A stretch of 64,000 bases of DNA from the human T2T-CHM13v2.0 reference genome, Homo sapiens. The stretch is taken from assembly GCF_009914755.1 (NCBI RefSeq), contig NC_060933.1; one strand, 5' to 3'. Positions 26,021 through 38,853 of this stretch are shown here, piece after piece. How positions within the stretch are numbered: position 1 is the first letter of the stretch; every line of letters starts with the position of its first letter. The translations under genes were made by a program, and so were the position numbers. Below the pieces are notes generated by a model. That model was given only the letters and a program-made list of their open reading frames with translations. It made no database searches and was not told the DNA's origin.

Positions 26021-29000
26021 TTTCCTATTTTTTTTTTTTTTTTACTAGCTTCATAGTTTCAGGTCTCAGATTCAAGTCTTTAATCCATTTTTATTTGATT
26101 TGATTTTTGTGTATGGTGAGATGGGTTTAATTTTATCCTTCTGCATATGGTTATTCAGTTTTCCCAGGATCATTTATTGAAAAGACTGTTGTTTTCCCAG
26201 TGTATGTTCTTGATGCCTTTGTCAGAGATGAATTGTTTGTAAATGTGTAGATTTGTCTGCGATCTCTATTCTGTTCCACTGTCCTATGTGTCTGTTTTTA
26301 TGCCAGTAGAAATATATTGGCAATAATTAGTACAGAAGAGCTGAAACAATGAAATGACAAAAGTGAATTATACTGATATAATTCATTATGCTCACTAAAT
26401 GCAATAGCATACAGCTAGGAAAACAAAGTAGTGCACACGGTATTAAAATACAACACAATTCAATATACACAGTGCTCACAGTGGCCATCGTTAGAGTGTT
26501 GAAGAAGGGGATGTAGTCAGCAAAAGTTGTACAGGTGACTTCAAAAGTAATCATAAGCACTTATGATTACTTTTGGCTTAATTTCTTAAACCAAGACTGG
26601 AGACACAGGTGTTCATTATGTGCTTATTATATATATAAAATAAATATTTTATAAATATATTGTTTCTATTCAGTATTTAATAAAGTAAATCAGTAGAAAA
26701 GGTTAAAAAGCAATGCACACATATTTCAAATATTTTTTGCTCCAAATTATATAAACATTGCATAGTTATTGCCCTGGGCCTGGCAAGGTGACTCACACCT
26801 CTCATCCTAGCACTTTAGGAGACTGAGGCAGGAGGATAGCTTCAGCCCCAGAGGTCAAAGCTGCAGTGAGCCTTAATTGCACTACTGCACTCCAGCCTAG
26901 GTGACAGAGCAAGATGCTGTCTGAAGATAAAAATAAAAATAAGTTAATAAATATATGTTTATATATTAACTGATTTTATTAACTATATATATATATAGTT
27001 GTTGTCTTGGTCTATAGGCAATCTTACAGTGCTTAAGACTTTGATACCGAGAACAGATCTCCTAGGTATATGCTATGTTTCTGGGGTGATATGATGCTCT
27101 CATCTGGCCTCCGTGAGCCTAATTCTATCTTACATTTACCCCACTCTTCAACAACAACTTGGGGAGGTGTCCCTAAACATTCCTAGGTGAACCCAAACCT
27201 GTGGCCCTCAACACATTTCTAGGTAAAGCAAGCTCCTGACATATCTGTGGATATCCTCTCACTGGAAGAAGGGGGAAGAGACCATCTCAAAATAATTCAT
27301 TTAATATAGCTTTTCAGCATTAATTTTATTTTGATAAAGAGACACACAGTAAATAAAATTTCTAAAAAACTATAAACTTTCAAGCATTCTCACGCTAAAT
27401 CTAGCCCTGCTTACATGCCAGGGAAATATAAAGGTAATCTGTTTCTCAACCTGACCAGGATGCTACAGTAATTAAAAATAAACTCAATCCCTGGATCCCT
27501 ACCAAAGGGACATTTCATATGGATCAAAGTTCTGGAAAAATTATTTGTCTGGAAATAGACTAATTCTCCAAAATATAATTGATATAACAGCCTCTGGAAA
27601 GGGCCAAATACGACTCTTAATGAAACAACAGCTAAATATAGGTCTGATGCTCATTCCGTGTGGACAACAATAGCAGCCATTCCCACAAATGGCTGATTTG
27701 TGGGAAGTAAACACTACTTTTGCAGAATCTTACATGATTTCAGTAGAAGGTCAAGGACATTTCAGTTGGGAACAGATTGCTCCATGGTAATACAATCACT
27801 ATGTACCCAACAATGGCTCTTTCTTCCTAGCCTCAATGCAGATGTTATTTTCACCTTAACTATTATCATTGCTGTTTCTAACCACATAAAAGTGTATCCT
27901 TTATATATCTGAAGTAAATTCATACTAGTGGTGTAACATCTCCAGCCATTTAAGTGTAAAAACAGAAAACATATGATGTGTTTACTTACTGTTTTATACT
28001 CCTAACGCATGAAGAGAAGATCCTTTTATTCATTGCCTATACTTTTATTTCTAAACTTTCTGTAACACTTTATCTTATATCCAGCATAGAATTGAGATTT
28101 GCTTTTTGATTTAATCTGACAATATTTTTTCCTCTAATAAGAGTCAAGCCCACTTACTTTTAATGATAAATTGTGTTTGGTTATATTTTGATTACAGTAT
28201 ATTATGCTATGATTTATATGCACATATCTGTCTTTTGCTGTCTTGTTTGTTTTTATTGCTTTTGTTTTGATGTTGTGATATTTGGAAGAGTTAAACTTTT
28301 ATTCTGATGGCTACCTTATGTAATTTCATAAAATCATCTCTTTCTTTAGACAGTAGCTAATGTCTCTAAACTAAGAACAATGGTATTAGCTGTATTCTCT
28401 TTCTTGTCCTCCCTATGTGATTTTTCATCCCACAATTTGATTTAATCATATTAACTTTGTTTCCCCTGGTGCCATTAAGTATGCTTACATTTCTATAAAC
28501 AATATCCTTTGACTCCCAGGCATTAAAGATGAGCAGTCAGTAAAATCATTCTGAGGAATACTTTCTCTTTCCTTTTCTTCCATTTTTCTTAGTTGTATCA
28601 TTTCTATATTGCCAGAGCACCTACAGTTGCATTTCTTTCTGTCAGCTTTATCCAGCATTTGTTCTTGTATTTTATTTGAAGTTAAATATATTCCTTGCTC
28701 ACTACAACACTGGGGGAAGGAAGGTTTCTGTTGTCGTCGTGCTTGTACAATTGTTTATTTAAAAACATTGGCGAAAACAAAAACTGTATGTAGATGGAAT
28801 GGAGATAAGACAGAAAATGAGAGAGACTGATGATGAGTGTGCCTATTCTAGACTGGGAGGCGTGCTACACTGAGTAGTGTCTCCAAGGCTGCAGGAAAGG
28901 ATGGTTGATTGTGAGCAGGTGGACTTTCCACTGGAGGAGAGAAGTCCTGCGCTCAACAACCTGTGCAGAACCAGAAACTGGTAATGCTTCAAATCAACTT

Positions 29001-30339
29001 ACAGACCTGGAGGTAGAAATTTAAGAAAACTCGTTTAGCACATAGTTTCCTAGAAAATATTAGCTACTATTTGCTGAGCATCTGTCAGGTCTGTCTGTAG
29101 TATGGAAGATCTGAGTACAGGGGAAACTGGATTAGTAACAGTGGGTCAGAAAATTATATAATATTCAACCAAAATTCCTGCTTTACATACACAGCACCTG
29201 GTATTTCCAGAACTAGAAGGTAAAGAAATTATTTGTGCTTGAACTTGCAGAAAACTGCCTTTTCCCTTCTTCTCTTGCATCTTAACCTGGAGCTTCCCTT
29301 TTCTTGAGCCTCAGTGTGCTTCCCAACTCAATTTATAATTGACTTCCTGCAGTTTCTCCTTAGGACAGGGCTTTGTTTTGGGGGTGGTTAATTTGTAGGG
29401 TTCATAGGAAACAGACCACTCACAGCACTGCTTTTTGCCACCCTCACTCTCAGCTATGAGTTGAGGCCCAGGAAGCCTTCTGCCAGCCTCAGCTGCTGTT
29501 CTCAGATTAATCTGCTGAGTTCTTTTTGCCTAGTAAGAATCTCTGAATTTAGGAACATAGATGTTAGCGCTTGTATTTCTAGGTTTTCCAGTTCCCAGGG
29601 CCATTAAACATTTTTTTCCTTTCCTTTCCTTCTTCCAAAAAAATTGGTGATTCCCCTGGGTCCCTGTGGTTTAACCTCACAAAACGTCCATGATGACACC
29701 CTGTTACATTGTTTTGTCGTAGTTAATACCTTGTTATCCCAGTTGCTCAGTCAGTTTTTGTGAGAGATTCAGGGATCTTAATAAAACTGTGCTGCTACTG
29801 CTACTAACATCTTGCATAAAAGCCCGATTAATTAAAATGTTTATTTTGCATGTGATTTGAACTTGTAATTTTTATTCAAAGTTTTTCAACAGAGATCCAG
29901 AAAAGACCCTCCTTATATTTTTAGTTTTGTGCATTGCAACACTTTTTAGTGAAAAAAAAATGAGAACAACACAAGTGATTTTAAAAGAATAAACCTACAA
30001 TCCATTAATTATAAAGTGAAATACTATGCAGGTGTTAAGAATGAGGGAATCAATAAGAACTTGTGTGGGGTAACTATAAACTTTTAAAAAATAAATTTAA
30101 TGCTCATGTGACCATATTATCGTTAAAAAAATACAAGCATACTTGCACACACCTTCAAGCAAAATGGGTACACGCATTTAAAAATATTTAAATTAAGTAA
30201 ATGGCCCAATAATTTAACTTCGTACAATTCTATGTTCTCTGATTATTTTATATGCCAGAAACAGGCATTACTGTTTTGTTTATTTCATTTGAAATAATTG
30301 TAGTCACATGAGGTTTAAGTTATAATACAGAGAGGTCAC

Positions 30340-31030
30340 ATATGCCTATTTTCTAATTGGTATCTTATTACTATTGAGTTTTGAGAATTTTTTACATATG
30401 CTAGATGTAAGTTCTTTGTCAGATATATGGTATGAAATTATTTCTCCCAGTCTGTAATTCATTTTTTCAACCTCTTTACAGGGTCTTTCTAAGTAAAAAA
30501 AAAAAAAAAAAAAAAAAAAAGTGTTTATTTATTCTAATGAAGTCCAGTTTTATCACTTTTTCCTTTTGTAGATTTTGTTTTTAATATCAAGCCTAAAAAT
30601 TCTTTGCCTAGCCCAAGGTCTCAAGAGTTTTCTTCTATTGTAAAAAGTTTAGTGAACTTATTTATTTATTAATTATTTTTGAGACGAGGTTTCGCCCAAG
30701 CTGTAGTGCAGTGGTGCCATCATTGCTCACTGCAGCCACTAACTGCTGGATTGAAGTGATGCTTCCACCTCAGCCACTTGAGTAGTAGCTGGGATTACAG
30801 GCACGAGCTACCATGCACAACTTTAAGTTTTATAATATTACATTTTACATTTAAGCCTGTGATTTATGTGAGCTAAATTTTATATAAAGTATAAATTTAG
30901 GTCAGTCTTAGTTTTTGTACCTGTGAATGTCCAATTGCTGTAGCACCATTTGTTGAAAAAGATATCCTTCCTTTAAACTGATTTTGCATCCTTGTTAAAA
31001 AAAAAATCAGTTGAATATAGTGTGGTCTGT
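30340..31030 (-). mobile_element. Old L1 fragments with an Alu monomer (30676-30820)
   Basis: ttctttgtcagatatatgg...ttctttgcctagcccaaggtc...gcaccatttgttgaaaa. Confidence 0.7.
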
Positions 31031-31431
31031 CAGCTTTTAATAAGATAAAAACATTGATACTCACCAGATATCGAAGTTTAGAAATTTTTTTAAAGCTAAA
31101 CTTCTGAAAATAGAATAAAAACACCTTCACATGTCAAATTAGTCAATTTCTATAGGACTAATTCATTTAAATATATTAAAATACAAAATAATTCAAACTA
31201 CTAAAGTGATAATACAAGACTATAAATTTAAAGGCTAATTATTAAGTCAAATTGCTGTATTCTACGTGTTAGAGTGAGTTCAAAAGATCCATTGTATTAC
31301 TGAATAGGCAAAAGTTTTAATTACAGAGGATGAAACTGATATATTACTGCCACCTTGTGGATATTCTGTTATTACAGGCTATTATAAAAAGCAATGAGGG
31401 TATGTAATCTGTTCTAAGAAGAAGCATTTCC

Positions 31432-31671
31432 TTTTTTTGAGGTTTTTATTATTGTTATTATTACATTTTAAGTTCTGAGATACATGTACAGAACGTGGAG
31501 GTTTGTTACATAGGTATACACATGCCATGGTGGTTTACTGCACCCGTCAACCCATCATCTACATTAGGTATTTCTCCTAATGCTATCACTCCCCTAGCCT
31601 CCCACCCCCCTGACAAGCCCCGGTATGTGATGTTCGCCTCCCTGTGTCCATGTGTTCTCATTGTTCAACTC
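31432..31671 (-). mobile_element. Short L1PA 3' end
   Basis: ttttaagttctgagatacatgtacagaacgtgg...tgttctcattgttcaactc, flanked on both sides by agaagcattt. Confidence 0.9.
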
Positions 31672-31750
31672 AAAAGAAAAACAGAAGCATTTTCTGCTTT
31701 CCCAATTTCTTAAGTACAATGCAACTTTATGTTTAATTTAACTAACTTAA

Positions 31751-32043
31751 TTTTTTGAGACAAGGTCTAGCTCTGTTGCCCAGGCTGGAGTGGAGTGGCG
31801 TGAATATGGTTCAGTGAAACCTCCACCTCCCTGGCTCAAGTGATCCTCCTTCCTCAGCCTCTCGAGTAGCTAGGACCACAGGCACGCACCACCATGGCCA
31901 GCTAATTTCTTTTTTAGTTTTTGTAGAGATGAGGTCTCACTTTGTTGTCCATGCTGGTCTCAAACTCCTGGGCTCAAAGGATCCTCTTGCCATGGCCTCC
32001 CACAGCGCTGGGATTTATAGGTGTGTGCCATGGCACCAGGCCT
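31751..32043 (-). mobile_element. AluJ-like element
   Basis: Diverged antisense dimer. Confidence 0.9.
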
Positions 32044-32277
32044 AAGCAACTGTAGAGAAGCCTTTTTTTCTTTCATAAAAACAGTTGTAGATATTTTCCT
32101 TATGGAATTTATTTGTGGTGAAATATTTTAATAGATGGTTTGTTAATAATTTGTCTCAGATAATAATAATTGATTAATATTAAAACTACAAAACAAGTAG
32201 GATCTTCTTTTTCTATGAAAAATGAAAGTTGATTCTGACATTTATGTAAACATTTTAAATATTCAAAGTATATAAAT

Positions 32278-34522
32278 GTGAAGTCCTATCAAGAGTAATT
32301 AGACAAGAGAAAGAAATAAAGGGCATTCAAATCGGAAAGGAGGACATCAAATTGTTCCTATTTGCAGATGACATGATGTTATATATAGGAAAACCTGAAG
32401 ACTACCAGAAAACTTTTAGAACAAACAAATTCAGTGAAGTTGCAAGACACAAAACTAATACACGAAGATTGGTTGCATTTATATATATGAACAACAAACT
32501 TGCTGAAAAAGAAATTAAGAAGGCAAACCCATTTACAATAGTTACCAAAAAAAAAAAAAACCCAGACATAAATGTAACCAAGGAGGTAAAATGAAAACTA
32601 CAAAACACTAATGAAAGAAATTGAAGAGGATACAAACAAATGAAAAGACATTCATACTCATGGATCAGAAATATGAATGTTGTTAAAGTGACAGTACTAC
32701 TCAAAAGCAACCTACAGATTCAATGCAATCTCTATCAAAATACCTATGAACATTCTTCACAAAATTAAAAAAAAATCCAAAGAGATTTTATGGAATCAAA
32801 AAGTATCCTGAATAGCCAAAGCCATCCTAAGCAAAAAGAACAAAGCTGGATGTATCATGCTACCAGACTTCAGAATACACTACAAAACTGTAGTAACCAA
32901 AACATCATGGTATTGGCATAAAAACAGACACATAGACCTATGGAATAGAATAAAGAACCCAGAAAATCCACATATCTCAGCCAACGGATTTTTTACAAAG
33001 ATGCCAAGAACACTCATTGGGGAAAGGATAGTCTCTTCAATAAATGGTGCTGGAAAAACTGGATATCCATATGCAGAAGAATGAAACTAGACCTCTGCCT
33101 CTCACCCTATACAAAGATCAACTCAAAGTATCTCAAATACCCAAATATAAGACCCAAAATGGTAAAGCTACTAGAAGAAAACATAGGGGAGATCCTTCAG
33201 GACATTGCTCTGGGAAAATATTTTATGAATAAGGCATCAAAAGCACAGGCAACAAAAGAAAAAATAAACAAATAGGATCACATCAAGCTAAAAATCTTCT
33301 GCACAGCAAAGGAAATAAGAAAGTGAGTGAAAAGACAACCTACAGAATGGGAGAAAGTATAAACTCATCTGGCAGGAAATTAATATCAAGAATATACAAG
33401 GAATTCAAACATATCAACAGCAAAGAAGCACAACAATCTAATTAAATATAAACAAATGCTCTGAACAGACATTTCTCAAAAGAAGACATACAAATGACCA
33501 ACAAATATATGAAAAAATGTTCAACACCACTAATCAGCAAGGAAATGCTAATCAAAGCCACAGTGAGGCATCATCTTACTCCAGTTAGGATGGCTATTAT
33601 AGAAGAGACAAAAATAACAAATGCTGACAAAGACGTGAAGAAAAGGGACTTTTTTTTTTGACAGAATCTCACTCTCCGTCCAGGCTGGAGTGCAGTGGTG
33701 GTGTAATCTGGCTCCCTCTGCTTCTAGGGTTCAAATAGTTCTCCTCCCTCAGCCTCCTGAGTAGCTGGAGAAAAAGGAACTCTTATGCACTGTTGGTAGG
33801 AATGTAAATTAGAGCAGCCAGTATGGAGAACAGTATTGAAACACCTCAAGCAATCCCACTACTGGGAATTTATCCAAAGGAAAGAAAAGCATTATATTGC
33901 AGAGACATCTGCATCCCCATGTTTATTGCAACAGTGTTCACAATAGCCAAGATATGGAATCAACCTAGGTTTCCAACAACAGATGAATGGATTTTTAAAA
34001 TACGGTATATATACACCAAGGAATGCTATTTAGCCATAAAAAAGAATAAATAAAACCCTGTCATTCTCAGCAACATGGATGGAACTGGAGGATATTATGT
34101 TAAGCAAAATAAGCCAGGAATAGAAATTTCAACACCACATGTTCTCACTCACGCAGAAGCTAAAGAAAAGTTGATCTCATAGAAGTAAAAAGTAGAACAG
34201 AGGATACTGCAGGCTGAAAAGGGTAGGGAGAAAGGAGGAATGGTAAGAGATTTGTTAATGGATACAAAATTACAGCTAGGTAGGAGTAATAAGTTCTAGT
34301 GTTCTATAGTACTGTAGATGACTATAGTTAACAATACTATATTATGTAGTTTAAAATACCTAGGAGTAGTTTGAATGTTCCCAACACAAAGAAATAATAA
34401 ATGTTTGAGATGATAGATATGCTAATTACCCTGATCTGATCACCATCTACATGTACTGAAACATCCCCGTATAGCCATGAATATGTATAATCTTTGTCAA
34501 TTTAAAAAGTAAAAAAAAAAAA
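32278..34522 (+). mobile_element. L1MA-type element, 3' ~2.2 kb (RT end, C-terminal domain, 3'UTR, poly-A), with an Alu fragment at 33650-33770
   Basis: LFADDM motif (ORF at 32352) and [24 protein letters not shown] (ORF at 32857). Many frameshifts. A-tail at ~34511. Confidence 0.92.
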
Positions 34523-34638
34523 TTAATCTTGGAGAATGCATTTGAAGAACTTGTACTCAAGAAATCAACTTAAGAACCTGAGTCTCCTTGGAATTTGTGT
34601 TTTCTAGACCAGTACTTCTCCAAATTAAAGCAAATTTA

Positions 34639-34942
34639 GGCTGGGCATGGTGGCCCATGTCTATAATCTCAGCACTTTGGAAGGCCGAGGCAGGCAGATC
34701 ACTTGAGGTCAGGAGTTCGAGACCAGCTGACCCAACATTGTGAAACCCTGTCTCTACTAAAAATACAAAAATTAGCCGGGCATGATGGCATGTGCCTGTA
34801 ATCCCAGCTACTTTGGAGGCCGAGGCAAGATAATCGCTTGAACTGGAGAGGTGGAAGTTGCAGTGAGCCGAGATTGCACCACTGCGCTCCAGCCTGGGCA
34901 ACAGAGCAAGACTCTGTCTCAAAAAAAAAAAAAAAAAAAAAA
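34639..34942 (+). mobile_element. Alu (AluS-like) with target-site duplication
   Basis: Full dimer. TSD aaagcaaattta / aaagcgaattta. Confidence 0.95.
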
Positions 34943-35329
34943 GCGAATTTAGTTCACTTTGGTATTGTGTCAAAATGTTGATTCTTTTAAAGTAAATCTA
35001 AAGAATTTAGATGTAGTTGAAGATTGTCATCTGTTCTTAATTTTTTTAATAAAAATATAATATTTAGATTCAGAGTAAATCTAAAGTGAGACCTGAAGCT
35101 GCTCCCAGGTGATACTGATGCTGCTTATTTTTGCCCAGATTTTTAGTCACAAGGTTCTAAATTATCGTTTTGAAGTCCTACATGAGTAATCACTTGGAGA
35201 GCTCAATTAACACCCAGCAACAGACTAATTATTAATAAACCAGAATCTTCAGTATTAGGCTTCAATCATTGGCAATTTTTTTTTTTGACACACAGTCTCC
35301 CACTGTCGCCCAGGCTGAAGTCCTGAGGC

Positions 35330-36400
35330 CAGAATGAGACTAGGACATGGTTCCTTTGCCTAAGTAAACTGAGGCAGAAAATGGAATACTTCAGACTTCA
35401 AATTAGTATGGTAAGTGCTATGAAGAGTATGATTAGAGTTCATTATTTACCCAGAAAAGGGTCACTCAGCCCAGCCTGGGAGTTAGAGAAGGTTTCCTGA
35501 AGTCTTGACATGTGAGTCGTGAAAGGACATAAGGAGTTAACCACGTGACAAAATAAGCTAAGAGAATTCTCAACAAAAGACAAAATATTGGCAAAGGCTT
35601 TTAGGCATATACTAGCTTAGTATTATTGGGAGAATGTAATGATTTTCTGTATTTCAAAAGTGTAAAATACAAAGTGGGCCATGATATGAGATAAACCAGT
35701 AAATATGTTCTGGGAACAGATCATAGAAGAGCGTGTATGCTGTCCTAAGGAGCTTAAACTTCAACTTCAGTTCATGGGAGCCAATGACAAGATCTGAGCA
35801 GGGGAAGGATGTGGCTAGAGGGGCATCTTAGACAGACAAGATCCTCTGTGGATTACACCTAGGCTAAGCAACGGGTTAAAGTTGTTGTCTTAAGACAATA
35901 GTCCAGGTAAAAGATAATAAAGTTTTAAATTAGGATGTTAGTAGGAATGAGGAAGAGGGATGGATTTCAGAAATAGTAAGGAAATGTATTAGCAGGACTT
36001 GATTAGTGATTGACTTGGGGAAGGAGGGGAAGATAGAGTTCAGGATGACTCCGAGACTGTCTGGTGTCGGTGGCTAATAACTGAAGCTATTAATAGAGGT
36101 AGGAAATGCAGACCAAAAGCAGGCCCGGGGTGAGAGATGATAAATTTGAATTTTAACATGTTGAGTTTGGACATCCAGGATGAAATAATCACAAAACATT
36201 TAAATATACGAATCTGAAAAGGTAAGCATCATAAGCATATGAGCTATTGGTAAAATTCTGATACTTAATGAAGTCTCGCAGGGAGGCAGTACAGAGGCAA
36301 GCAATGGGCTGGGGATAAAACATAGGGAAATATTATTTAAATAAAGATGAAAGAAAAGGAACCCACAAAGGAAGCTGAAAAGGCATAGTCAAAAAAAGAG
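35330..36400 (-). mobile_element. L2-like fragment
   Basis: Purine-rich, decayed text typical of antisense L2 (taagtgctatg..., gggagccaatga..., aatagtccaggt..., catgttgagtttg). Confidence 0.55.
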
Positions 36401-36678
36401 GCTTGCCAAATGCCACCTTTGAAGCTCTGCTGTTACACTTTATAAGGAAACTTTTGGTTACCTGGGATTGCATGCATTTATAAAAGTTTCTATTATTAGG
36501 AAGACAATAATAATGATAAGGCTCTTTCTCATTGTTGTCAGTGTAATTTATCTATTTAATTATAGAACCTAGTTCCAGGATGCTTAATCTGAAGTATATA
36601 CTTGGGGCAAAATGAATTATATCTTAATAATAATCTGGAATTTTTATCTCTAACTTGACATATTTTAATTCTTGCTAG

Positions 36679-36780
36679 ATTTTCAAAGTGTCATACCTTG
36701 AACCACCGCCAGATGGCTATGAGAATGTTACAAATACTGCGCCACCATATAATGCTTTCTCAGCCCAAGGCATGCCAGAG
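36679..36780 (+). pseudogene. NAALAD2: Isolated NAALAD2-like exon (glutamate carboxypeptidase III; homolog of the 102-bp FOLH1 exon 4)
   Basis: ttcttgctAG acceptor, 102 bp open frame, GTaaaa donor. Translates [34 protein letters not shown] versus recalled NAALAD2 [34 protein letters not shown]. Flanking exons were not seen. Confidence 0.88.
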
Positions 36781-37067
36781 GTAAAATAAAATACATTTGT
36801 AACCCAAGTCTTTAAATGGTTCTTTTGCTATATAAAACCTGTATAGAGGACTAAAACCAAGGAAATTAGGTGAATCATTCATGCGGATTCATTGTTTGAT
36901 ATTCAGTGCTATGAAAACCTCATCCCTCAAATTTAAAAAATTATAATAAAATAGAAAACAACACCAGACAGAGAAAAAAGAAACAAAACAAATACATTAA
37001 AAACTGACCCTGCTGAAGCAGATGACACTCTTCGAAATAACAAAGAAACTGCTGAACACACCTTTAA

Positions 37068-37402
<335 letters not shown>

Positions 37403-37403
37403 T

Positions 37404-37930
37404 TAAAAAGGGAAACTTCCTATTTGCCCTCTGAAGGTTTGCAGAAAATGAATGGACAAAACATAAATTAATAGAAGAAAGAGGCAAAAAAAAATTCTGT
37501 AAAATGTAGGGGAAAAATCACAGGGTCTCACTCAGTTACCCAGCATGAAGTGCAGTGGTGTGATCATGGCTCCTTGCAACCTTGAATTCTCAAGCACAAG
37601 TGATTCTCCCCCCTAAGCCTATGGAGTAGCTGGGATCACAGGGGCATGCCACCATGCCCACATACATGGGTATTTGCTGGAGGGGAGATGGAGACTCTCT
37701 GTCCTGGATGTGAGACAGGTGGCTGGCATCTGGGTAAGGATGACATTCCCTCATTGCTAAAGAGTAAAAGAGGAAAGTGTCATGGATAGTGCAAGCAGGG
37801 ACATGCCCTGACCTAGTGAGGTCCAGAGGCTTATATTATCCTTCATAGGGGAGTGGGAAGAAGCGAGTGTAGGCAACCCAGGGGAAATAAATGACCTAAA
37901 ATAAAAGAAATAGATCATCAGAAGTGTAGA
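37404..37930 (-). mobile_element. MER34/MER39-like LTR fragment interrupted by an Alu monomer (37520-37660)
   Basis: aaaagggaaacttcc...gccctctgaaggtttgcagaaaatgaa resembles the reverse complement of the LTR end at ~20730-20790. Confidence 0.5.
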
Positions 37931-38853
37931 TGTATTAGTCAGGGTTCTCTAGACTGACAGAATTAAAGGACTATATACATATATATATGAAGGGGAGTGA
38001 GATGGTTAATAATGAGTGTCAACTTGATAGGATTGAGGGATATGAAGTATTGATCCAGGGTGTGTCTGTGAGAGTGTTGCCAAAAGAGATTAACATTTGA
38101 GTCAGTGGGCTGGGGAAGGCAGACCCACCCTTAATCTGGTGGGCACAATCTAATCTGCTGCCAGCAAATATAAAGCAGGCAGAAAAATTTGAAAAGGAGA
38201 GACTGGCCTAGCTTCCCAGCCTACATCTTTCTCCCATGCTGGTTTCTTCCTGCCCTCAAACATTGGACTCCATGGCTCTCCTTTCTCATCAGTTTGCAGA
38301 CAGCCCACTGTGTAACTTATGATCCTGTAAGTTAATAAACTCCCCTTTATAAATAAATATATATGTGTGTGTGTGTGTGTGTGTGCGCATATATATGTAT
38401 GTGTGTGCGTATGTATATATATATGTATATATCCTGTTAGTTCTGTCCCTCTAGATGTCACTGGCTAATACAGGAAGTTTATTAAGTATTAACTCACACA
38501 ATCACCAAGTCTCACAATAGGCCATCTGCTGGATGAGGAGCAAAAAGAGCCAGCCAGAGTTCCAAAACTGAAGAACTTGGAGTCCATGTTCGAGGGCAAG
38601 AAGCATCCAGCATGGGAGAAAGATGTAGGCTGGGAGGTGAGGCCCGTCTCTTTTCACATTTTTCTGCCTGCTTATAGTATGGCTGGGTTGGCAGCTGATT
38701 GGATTGTGCCCACAAAGATTAAGGGTGGGTCTGCCTTTCCCAGCCCACTGACTCACATGTTAATTTTTTTTGGCAACACCCTCACAGACACACCCAGGAT
38801 GAATACTTTACATCCTTCAATCCAATCAAGTTGACACTCATTATTAACCATCA
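37931..38853 (-). mobile_element. MLT2A LTR (3' LTR of HERV-L), split by a nested LTR
   Basis: Begins tgtattagtcagggttctctaga, breaks at ~37997, resumes at 38472 and ends ttattaaccatcaca. Confidence 0.9.
37998..38471 (+). mobile_element. Solo MLT2A LTR nested in the opposite orientation
   Basis: tgagatggttaataatgagtgtcaacttg...ctagatgtcactggctaataca, flanked by GGGAG / GGAAG (putative 5-bp TSD with one mismatch). Confidence 0.88.

Larger units (their letters stand above)
24212..26310 (-). mobile_element. L1MA/MB-type element, antisense, with nested Alus
   Basis: Antisense L1 3'UTR and ORF2 end. The ORF-track peptides at 24615-24940 are L1 ORF2 C-terminal-like. Confidence 0.85.
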
